This document shows, piece by piece, positions 56,848 through 64,000 of a DNA stretch of 64,000 bases. Under the pieces are notes generated by a model. That model was not told where the DNA came from and did not search any database. It worked only from the letters and a program-made list of their open reading frames with translations. The DNA comes from Coprothermobacterota bacterium. GTDB taxonomy: Bacteria > Coprothermobacterota > HKB111. The stretch's first letter is position 1. The number at the start of each line of letters is the position of its first letter. The DNA is taken from NCBI GenBank assembly GCA_037446255.1, contig JBBIIY010000002.1:69630-133629 (forward strand). The letters are read 5' to 3'. The translations under genes were made by a program, and so were the position numbers.

Positions 56848-58656
56848 TCACTCCACCGTTACGGATTTTGCCAGATTTCGGGGCTTATCAATCGGTGCTC
56901 CACATTCACGAGCGGTGTAGTAGGCTAACAACTGAAGCACTAACCCATTCAATATAGGGCTGATCAACATATCTGAATCAGGCAGTTTCACTACCCTGTA
57001 AGATGTATCTTTTAAATCCAGGGTGGTAAACAGGTATATTTTACCCCCGCGAGACCTTACTTCCTCAAAATTTGACAACATTTTTGGAGCAATAGATTTA
57101 TTGCTTAAAAAAGCAATAACCGGGGTGTTATTTTCTATTAACGCCAGGGGTCCATGTTTTAACTCTCCTCCAGCATAAGCTTCGGCATGAATATAAGATA
57201 TTTCTTTCATCTTCAAGGCTCCCTCAAGAGCAGTATAGTAATCCTGCAATCTACCAAGGAAGAATAAATGTTTTGCTTCTTTCAATTCTCTGGCTATTTC
57301 TAAAAATACTTCGGATTTATCAAGGATCTGCTGAGCCTTGAAAGGCAATTCTTTTAATTCCTTTATATAATGCCTTTCTTTTTCATAATTTAGCTTATTT
57401 CTTTTTTTAGACCAGCTAAGAGCTAATAACAATAAAGTCAGCATCTGACTGGTATATGCTTTAGTTGAGGCTACGCTTATTTCTGGTCCAGCACGAGTAT
57501 AAATAGTCCTGTCGGATTCACGAGAAACACTGCTTCCTATAACATTAGTTATACCTATTACCGGATAGCTAAGGTCTTTTAACCGGGTTAACACCCCCAG
57601 AGTATCTGCAGTTTCACCTGACTGACTGACGATTATTCCCACAGCAGGTTTTACCCAGGGGACATCACGATACCTGAACTCAGAAGCCGCTTCTGTCTCA
57701 GCTTCCAGGTCACAAAGAGTCTCTAAGTAATATTTGCCTACTAAAGTAGCATGATAAGCAGTCCCACAAGCTCCAAAATACACTTTTCTAAGGTTAGGGA
57801 TTAAGTCGCCAAAATCAGCTTCATCTAATAAAAGCCGGTCTTCAGATATTCTTTCTCTCAGGGTATCTTTCAAAACAGTAGGTTGCTCATAAATTTCTTT
57901 TAACATAAAATGTGGATAACCACTCTTTTCTGCTAATCGGGCATCCCAGTTAGTTTCAATTACTTCAACTTTTCTTTCCTTTCCCTCAGTATTTATAACC
58001 TGAAAACCATTTTTTCCCAGAATGCCGATGTCTCCCTCTTCCAGAATTACTATTTTTTTGGTATAGGGTAAAAGGGCAGGTATATCTGAAGCAGCGTAGC
58101 ACTCACCCTCTCCAACACCTATTATCAAGGGGCTTTGTTTTCTTACGAGAACAATTTTCTCCTCTTGAACGGAAATTACTGCCAGAGCATATGCTCCCTG
58201 CAAATCTTTGATTCCCTTGATTACTGCTTCTTCAAGATTCCCCTTGTAATATTTTTCTAAAATGTGCACCACAATCTCGGTGTCTGTTTCAGAAATAAAC
58301 TTATGCCCCTCATTTAATAATTGCTCCCTGAGTTCTTTATAGTTTTCAATGATTCCATTATGAACCAGAGTCAATTTGTTGTCACAACTGGCATGAGGAT
58401 GAGCATTGATATCTGAAGGAACTCCATGAGTAGCCCAACGGGTATGTCCGATGCCATACACTGCCAGGTGTTTGCTCTCTTTCAGTAAATCTGATAGGCT
58501 GTCTACACTTCCCTTAGTTTTTATGATGTTCAATTCTCCTTCTTCAACCAGAGCAATACCAGCCGAGTCATACCCTCTATATTCCAACCGCTGTAATCCC
58601 TGAATTAATATTGGCATTACTGGTTTATTACCTATATAAGCGATAATTCCACACAC
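56848..58656 (-). CDS. glmS: Glutamine--fructose-6-phosphate aminotransferase
   Basis: 602 aa; N-terminal MCGIIAYIG (Ntn Cys); two SIS domains; C-terminal KSVTVE. Confidence 0.9.
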   Translation of the reverse strand: MCGIIAYIGNKPVMPILIQGLQRLEYRGYDSAGIALVEEGELNIIKTKGSVDSLSDLLKESKHLAVYGIGHTRWATHGVPSDINAHPHASCDNKLTLVHNGIIENYKELREQLLNEGHKFISETDTEIVVHILEKYYKGNLEEAVIKGIKDLQGAYALAVISVQEEKIVLVRKQSPLIIGVGEGECYAASDIPALLPYTKKIVILEEGDIGILGKNGFQVINTEGKERKVEVIETNWDARLAEKSGYPHFMLKEIYEQPTVLKDTLRERISEDRLLLDEADFGDLIPNLRKVYFGACGTAYHATLVGKYYLETLCDLEAETEAASEFRYRDVPWVKPAVGIIVSQSGETADTLGVLTRLKDLSYPVIGITNVIGSSVSRESDRTIYTRAGPEISVASTKAYTSQMLTLLLLALSWSKKRNKLNYEKERHYIKELKELPFKAQQILDKSEVFLEIARELKEAKHLFFLGRLQDYYTALEGALKMKEISYIHAEAYAGGELKHGPLALIENNTPVIAFLSNKSIAPKMLSNFEEVRSRGGKIYLFTTLDLKDTSYRVVKLPDSDMLISPILNGLVLQLLAYYTARECGAPIDKPRNLAKSVTVE

Positions 58657-60021
58657 TTATTCCTCCTCTATCTCTAAAATTTTACTCATCATCCTATTAA
58701 TAATTGGTTTTATAACATCATGTTCCTTTGCTTCAACCATAACTCTTATCATAGGTTCAGTTCCTGAAGCCCTGATAATAATTCTACCTCTAACTCCAAG
58801 TTCTTTATTTATTTCTTCTACATACTCCTGTAATTTAGGATTTCTAAGAATTTCATGTTTCTTTGTGGTATGGTGATTTATTTCTCCCTGAGGAAATTCA
58901 TTTAGTATAGTTTTAAGTTTTGATAAGGGAGTACCACTTGAAGAAAGTGCATCCAATAATTCAAGCGAAGTAATAATTCCATCACCAGTTGTTGACTTAT
59001 CCATGATAACCAGGTGACCGGACCTTTCTCCTCCGAGAATGAGCTGTTTATTCCTTAAAGTTTGTACTATATTTCTATCCCCAACATCAACCCGAAGCAA
59101 ATTCACACCTAAACGATTAAATATCTCTTCCAATCCCTGGTTGGAAAGTATAGTGCCTACCACTGTAGAACCTGGTAACCTGCACGAATTTATCATATTA
59201 GAGGCAATAATAGCCAATAAGTGATCTCCATTAAGTACATCGCCTTTTTCATCAACCACGATTACCCTGTCTCCATCTCCGTCAAAAGCAAAACCAACAT
59301 CAGCGTTATTTTCAATAATGACTTTTTGTATTTTCTGAGGATTAGTGGACCCGCAATTAACATTAATTAAGTTACCATTAAATTCTCCATGAACAACCGT
59401 TACCTTTGCTCCTAATCTCCTGAATACTTCTGGAGCTACCTTAGAAGTTGCACCATAGGCAGTATCTATAACTAAAGATAAATTTTCCAGGTTAAATGGA
59501 TATTTTTCTAAGAGATATTCTATATAATAGTTCTGGGCTTCACTAAAATCGCGTAATTTTCCTACTGAAACTCCATACGAACGAGCTATTAAATCAGTCA
59601 TTCCCAGATTAAGTTCAATAAGGTCTTCATCTTCATCGCTGATTTTAAATCCACTTGAATCAAAAAATTTAAAACCATTATCCTCAACTGGGTTATGAGA
59701 AGCTGAACAAACTACCCCAAAATCAAAACCATATTTTACTGTAAGCATAGAAACAGCTGGCGTAGGAATTATATTAGCATCATAAACATCTATTCCCAAA
59801 GCCATAAGACCTGAGGAGAGTGCTTGAGATAACATTTCTCCCGAAATGCGACTGTCTTTTCCCAGGATAACCTTCCTTTTATCCTTCACTAACACATGTC
59901 CGGCAGATAATCCCAGTTTCAATGAAAATTCGGGAGTTAATTCTTTACCTGCAATCCCTCTTATACCATCAGTCCCAAATAAACGATAATTCTGCATTAA
60001 TATTTTCTCCTGACTGTTCAA
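58657..60021 (-). CDS. glmM: Phosphoglucosamine mutase
   Basis: 454 aa; FGTDGIRG; active-site SASHNP; GDGDR metal-binding. Confidence 0.9.
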   Translation of the reverse strand: MNSQEKILMQNYRLFGTDGIRGIAGKELTPEFSLKLGLSAGHVLVKDKRKVILGKDSRISGEMLSQALSSGLMALGIDVYDANIIPTPAVSMLTVKYGFDFGVVCSASHNPVEDNGFKFFDSSGFKISDEDEDLIELNLGMTDLIARSYGVSVGKLRDFSEAQNYYIEYLLEKYPFNLENLSLVIDTAYGATSKVAPEVFRRLGAKVTVVHGEFNGNLINVNCGSTNPQKIQKVIIENNADVGFAFDGDGDRVIVVDEKGDVLNGDHLLAIIASNMINSCRLPGSTVVGTILSNQGLEEIFNRLGVNLLRVDVGDRNIVQTLRNKQLILGGERSGHLVIMDKSTTGDGIITSLELLDALSSSGTPLSKLKTILNEFPQGEINHHTTKKHEILRNPKLQEYVEEINKELGVRGRIIIRASGTEPMIRVMVEAKEHDVIKPIINRMMSKILEIEEE

Positions 60022-60113
60022 CTTCAGTTTTAGCAGTTTTATAACTTAATAATTATATTATAATTACCAATGTAGTTTATTAATAATCAAAATGAGTAAT
60101 CAAAGATACAGCA

Positions 60114-60935
60114 TTAACTTTGAGGCTCAGAGATAACCTGATAAATTGCACGGAGAATATCGCGAAGCTCCATAGTGGTTATAAACCTCATAAGTTTTCC
60201 TTCGTGAGAAACTGAAATAGAGCCGTTTTCTTCCGAAACTACAATAGCCAAGCAGTCTGTTTCTTCGGTGATTCCCAGTGCAGCTCTATGTCTTAGCCCA
60301 ATCTCCTCTCCCCCGGGAGTCATTTCCCGAGATACAGGCATTACACAGCGAGCAGCCACTATCTTATCATTTTTAATAATCAAAGCTCCGTCATGAAGCG
60401 GAGATGTAGGTAAAAAAATTGACACTATCAGTTCTGCGTGAACATCACTGTTTATCTGCACTCCCTGATTGGTATATTCTTTTAGGTTTATCAATTTTTC
60501 CAATACAATCAGGGAGCCGCACTTCTTCAAGCTCAGTGTTTGTACCGCTTTTATTATCTCTTCTATGGTTATCTCCAAAAAAGAGGTGATAATTGTATGG
60601 GAAAGAATTTTTTTACTTCCAATATATTCAAGAGCACGCCTTAATTCAGGTTGAAACACAATAGGAATAGCTACAATAATAGCTACCGTAAGATACCTTA
60701 CTATCCAACCAGAAATTAGAAAAATCCCCAACTGTGAAGATAGTGTGTAGATTATACCGATGCCTACTATTACAATGAAAATACCTCTAATAAGCTGGTA
60801 AGTACGGCTTCCTTTAAGGAAAATAAATATTTTGTAAAAAATAATTGAGACCAGGGCTATATCTATTATATGAGCAATTAACTTCCACGGGGGAGCTGTA
60901 AGCAGTTCATTGGCAAAATCAATCAGGTTGTTCAT
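60114..60935 (-). CDS. cdaA: Diadenylate cyclase CdaA (membrane-anchored DAC domain)
   Basis: 273 aa; three N-terminal TM helices; DAC domain motifs (DGA, RHRAA...TDCLAIVVSEENG). Confidence 0.85.
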   Translation of the reverse strand: MNNLIDFANELLTAPPWKLIAHIIDIALVSIIFYKIFIFLKGSRTYQLIRGIFIVIVGIGIIYTLSSQLGIFLISGWIVRYLTVAIIVAIPIVFQPELRRALEYIGSKKILSHTIITSFLEITIEEIIKAVQTLSLKKCGSLIVLEKLINLKEYTNQGVQINSDVHAELIVSIFLPTSPLHDGALIIKNDKIVAARCVMPVSREMTPGGEEIGLRHRAALGITEETDCLAIVVSEENGSISVSHEGKLMRFITTMELRDILRAIYQVISEPQS

Positions 60936-60944
60936 TTAATCTAA

Positions 60945-61235
60945 TTACTTTCTCTTCTTCTTTTGTTTCTTCTTATAAAAACCAAGATACTCTTCATTAC
61001 TTTCCTTCATATATTTCTGAATCATATCTTCAAAATTTGGTTTATTATCCTTTTTATCAACCAAAAAAACTGGTTTACCATTGTGTTCTCTGTTAGCAGG
61101 TTCTACTTCCAGCATCTGCCCAATAGAATACTTCTTTAAATCACCCGCTTCATTAGAAAAAACAATCCCTTTACTGCCTTCTTCAGTTATAACTATTAAT
61201 CCATCTTTACTTATAAAGGAGACCAAACACCTCAT
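60945..61235 (-). CDS. Hypothetical small protein with poly-Lys C-terminal tail
   Basis: 96 aa; start ATGA-overlaps the upstream ftsL-like gene; no recognised domain. Confidence 0.35.
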   Translation of the reverse strand: MRCLVSFISKDGLIVITEEGSKGIVFSNEAGDLKKYSIGQMLEVEPANREHNGKPVFLVDKKDNKPNFEDMIQKYMKESNEEYLGFYKKKQKKKRK

Positions 61236-61507
61236 GGCTTATCTAACTTTATTATAATCTCTCCTGGTTTAGCCATTTCTATTTTTTCTCTTATTGCCTG
61301 TTCTATCCCTTCTGGTGTTTTCAACTTCGCAATCTCCCTATCTAAATTCGAAATAACCTTCTTTTCATTTGTTATCTGCATTTCTAAGGTTTTCATCTCA
61401 TTTTTCATAACTAAATAATTACTGTAAGTCATAACAAAATTGAAAATAGAAGTGATGGCCAGTACCCAAATTGCAATTTCTACAATCTGAAAAAATGTTT
61501 TTTTCAA
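61232..61507 (-). CDS. Septum formation initiator family protein (FtsL/DivIC/FtsB-like)
   Basis: 91 aa; single N-terminal TM helix followed by a coiled coil (LEMQITNEKKVISNLDREIAKLK). Confidence 0.6.
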   Translation of the reverse strand: MKKTFFQIVEIAIWVLAITSIFNFVMTYSNYLVMKNEMKTLEMQITNEKKVISNLDREIAKLKTPEGIEQAIREKIEMAKPGEIIIKLDKP

Positions 61508-62922
61508 AGAGTATCACCAACTATGTGATACTTTATGGTGTTAGTACCGCCAGATAATCCAACATAAGTTCCTGAAGTAAAAATAACACAATCACCTACA
61601 TTTATTAATTTTTTAGCTATTAAAAGGTCTTCTGCTTTATGGTAAAGATCTTCAACAGAAGATACAGATGCCAAAATTATTGGTAATACTCCCCAAACAA
61701 GACAGAGTTGTCTATTTATTGTTTCATTAGTAGTTAGAGCTATTATCCGGGTGAAAGGACGAAATCTAGCAATTCTCCTGGCGCTTTTTCCAGTTTCTGT
61801 GGGAATAATCAAAGCTTGTGCTTTAAGATTATCAGCTAAAATACAGGCTGAATACGATAAAGCCTGGAGAGGGTTATCTTCAGCTTTTTCAAAAACATAA
61901 TTAGAAGGAATTGGTTGTTTTTCCATTTCCGCTTCAGTTTTAAATATAACCTGATTAACTGTGCTGATAACTTCAACAGGATAACAACCAACAGCAGTTT
62001 CCGAGCTGAACATAATGGAATCAGTACCCTGAATAATAGCTGTGGCAATATCATTTACCTCAGCCCGGGTGGGGAATGGATTATTTACCATTGATTCCAT
62101 AATCTGGGTAGCCACAATAACTGGCTTTCCTTTTAAACGACATTTTTTAATTATTTTTATCTGAGCCAAAGGTACTTCCTCCAGCGAAATTTCAACGCCT
62201 AAATCCCCTCTGGCAATTAATATAGCATCGGCTCGTTCAATTATTTCGTCAAGATTAAGCAGGGCTTCGTGTTTCTCAATTTTAGCAATAACAGGTAAAT
62301 TCTTACCTCTAACCTCTAATTCTGTTCGTAAATCATCTATATCCTTTGCTGACTTAACAAAAGATAAAGCTACATAGTCAATATCTTCTTTAATAGCAAA
62401 TTCTAAATCTTTTAAATCTTTCTCGGTTAAAGAATTAAGAGATAGTCCCTGGGATCTGATATTTACACCCTTATTTGCTAATATAATTCCTTCCCTGATA
62501 ACTTCACAAAAACATGAGTTTCCGGTATTTTGTTTTACTTTTAGTATTATTCTTCCATCATCAATAAAGACTAAATCTTCAGGTTGTAAGAATATAATAA
62601 CTGATGGTATGGAGATAGGGAATTCTGCTGAGCCAAGTTCAATAATATCCCCTATACGGAGTCTTTGTTCTTTGACTTTTCCAAGCCGTATTTTGGGACC
62701 GCATAAATCCTGGATAATTGCTACGGGTTTATGATATTTTCTGGATATCTTCCTGACAATTTCTAACCTTTCTTTATGCTCTTGATAGGTACCATGAGAA
62801 AAATTAAGTCGGAAAATATCAACTCCGTTAATAATCAGCTTCTCAATTATCTCTTCTGTGCTACTACCCGGCCCAAGGGTAGCAATTATCTTGGTTTTAC
62901 CCTCAAGAATTTCAGCAGTCAT
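61504..62922 (-). CDS. pyk: Pyruvate kinase
   Basis: 472 aa; N-terminal KIIATLGP; MVARGDLG motif; C-terminal regulatory domain. Confidence 0.9.
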   Translation of the reverse strand: MTAEILEGKTKIIATLGPGSSTEEIIEKLIINGVDIFRLNFSHGTYQEHKERLEIVRKISRKYHKPVAIIQDLCGPKIRLGKVKEQRLRIGDIIELGSAEFPISIPSVIIFLQPEDLVFIDDGRIILKVKQNTGNSCFCEVIREGIILANKGVNIRSQGLSLNSLTEKDLKDLEFAIKEDIDYVALSFVKSAKDIDDLRTELEVRGKNLPVIAKIEKHEALLNLDEIIERADAILIARGDLGVEISLEEVPLAQIKIIKKCRLKGKPVIVATQIMESMVNNPFPTRAEVNDIATAIIQGTDSIMFSSETAVGCYPVEVISTVNQVIFKTEAEMEKQPIPSNYVFEKAEDNPLQALSYSACILADNLKAQALIIPTETGKSARRIARFRPFTRIIALTTNETINRQLCLVWGVLPIILASVSSVEDLYHKAEDLLIAKKLINVGDCVIFTSGTYVGLSGGTNTIKYHIVGDTL

Positions 62923-62945
62923 CCCTATCTCCTCTTAGTCAACTA

Positions 62946-64000
62946 TTAACCTGCCCAACCTCTTAATTTCATAGCTTCTGCTAATCTCTTGATAGAATAA
63001 AGGTAAGCGGCAGTTCTCATATCAACTTTATACTGCTTGCTGATTTCCAATACCGCTTTAAAGGCTGCAGTCATTTTCTCATCAAGCCTTGAATCTACTT
63101 CTTCCTGAGTCCAGTAATAATTGGATAAGTTTTGCACCCATTCAAAATATGAAACTGTAACCCCTCCAGCATTAGCCAGAATATCAGGGAGCATAAACAC
63201 GCCATTTTTATAGAGAATCTCGTCAGCTTCGGGGGTAGTTGGTCCATTAGCCGCTTCTCCAATGATTTTTGCTTTAACATTATGAGCGTTAGCCTTGGTT
63301 ATAACTCCTTCAAGGGCTGCGGGTATTAAAACATCCACAGGTAGCTCCAGGAGCTCTTCATTGGTAATGGTAGTTGCTCCAGGATAACCTACTACCGAGC
63401 CAGTCTTTTCCTTATGTTCAAAAACTTTGTATGGGTCAAATCCTTCCTTGTTCAGGATTCCGCCTCGGGAATCACTCACTGCTACAAGTTTAGCACCTTT
63501 ATCATAAACTAACTTAGCAGCGAAAAATCCAGCATTTCCATAACCCTGTACAGCAACAGTTACATCTTTAAAAGTTTTTCCCATACTTTTAAGTGCTTCC
63601 CTGATAGTAATTACTGTTCCTGTGGCGGTGGCGGTATTTCTTCCCAAAGAACCTCCAACCGCTACGGGCTTACCGGTAATAACGCCAGGTGAGTAATAAC
63701 CCTTAAGCTTGCTAAATTCGTCCATCATCCAGGCCATCATTTGAGGAGTAGTGTAAACATCTGGAGCTGGAATATCTTTCTCTGGTCCCACGATCGAAGA
63801 AATAGCCTGGATATAACCTCGGCTTAATCTTTCCAGTTCACCAGGCGAGAGTTCCCTGGGATTGCAGGTGATACCACCCTTTCCTCCTCCATAAGGAAGA
63901 CCAACTACTCCGCATTTAAAAGTCATCCAGATGGAAAGAGCAATAGTTTCATCCATGCATACATCAGGGTGATAACGAATACCACCTTTAAAAGGTCCTA
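62946..64000 (-). CDS. gdh: Glutamate dehydrogenase (Glu/Leu/Phe/Val dehydrogenase family); N-terminal part lies beyond the window end
   Basis: Reading frame continues to the window edge; catalytic GGGKGG glycine-rich loop; NAD(P) Rossmann motif VAVQGYGNAG. Confidence 0.85.
   Translation of the reverse strand, partial: GPFKGGIRYHPDVCMDETIALSIWMTFKCGVVGLPYGGGKGGITCNPRELSPGELERLSRGYIQAISSIVGPEKDIPAPDVYTTPQMMAWMMDEFSKLKGYYSPGVITGKPVAVGGSLGRNTATATGTVITIREALKSMGKTFKDVTVAVQGYGNAGFFAAKLVYDKGAKLVAVSDSRGGILNKEGFDPYKVFEHKEKTGSVVGYPGATTITNEELLELPVDVLIPAALEGVITKANAHNVKAKIIGEAANGPTTPEADEILYKNGVFMLPDILANAGGVTVSYFEWVQNLSNYYWTQEEVDSRLDEKMTAAFKAVLEISKQYKVDMRTAAYLYSIKRLAEAMKLRGWAG

Noticed and set aside
60022-60113. 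Possible glmS ribozyme or other leader RNA upstream of glmM-glmS
   Set aside because: Only 92 nt, AT-rich and without the conserved glmS ribozyme core; glmS itself has no leader.
1-64000. CRISPR arrays, IS elements, integrases or prophage genes
   Set aside because: No regularly spaced direct repeats and no transposase, integrase or phage structural signatures were found in any frame; the window looks like core chromosome.

Overview
Low-GC (about 32% by eye) bacterial chromosomal segment, densely packed and mostly housekeeping: DNA polymerase X (5'-truncated), mutS2, a class A PBP, an FMN-riboswitch-controlled ribD-ribE-ribBA-ribH operon, a replication/recombination cluster (dnaX-recR-tmk-holB-ricT), aspS-hisS, ABC exporters, glgP, four tRNAs, rpsU (missed by the ORF track), ftsEX, a c-di-AMP/glucosamine block (cdaA-glmM-glmS), pyk and a 3'-partial gdh. 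The standout feature is a complete selenocysteine-decoding locus on the minus strand (selD-yedF-DUF3343-class V aminotransferase-selA-selB) with a divergent tRNA-Sec gene. SelD is itself a selenoprotein: it has an in-frame TGA at codon 12 with a SECIS-like hairpin immediately downstream, and it is truncated in the supplied ORF track. The best candidates for undescribed biology are (a) a convergent, 3'-overlapping pair of an eRF1/Pelota-like (baeRF-type) protein carrying GGG in place of GGQ plus a zinc ribbon, and a Lon-like AAA+ protease with a large helical insertion; (b) a tight 4-gene operon of M20 peptidase, tandem-GNAT acyltransferase, CofE-like gamma-glutamyl ligase and a DUF885 HExxxH protein; and (c) ftsEX followed by a coiled-coil protein whose C-terminus is DUF3048 instead of the usual peptidoglycan hydrolase domain. 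No CRISPR arrays, transposases, integrases or prophage genes were seen.
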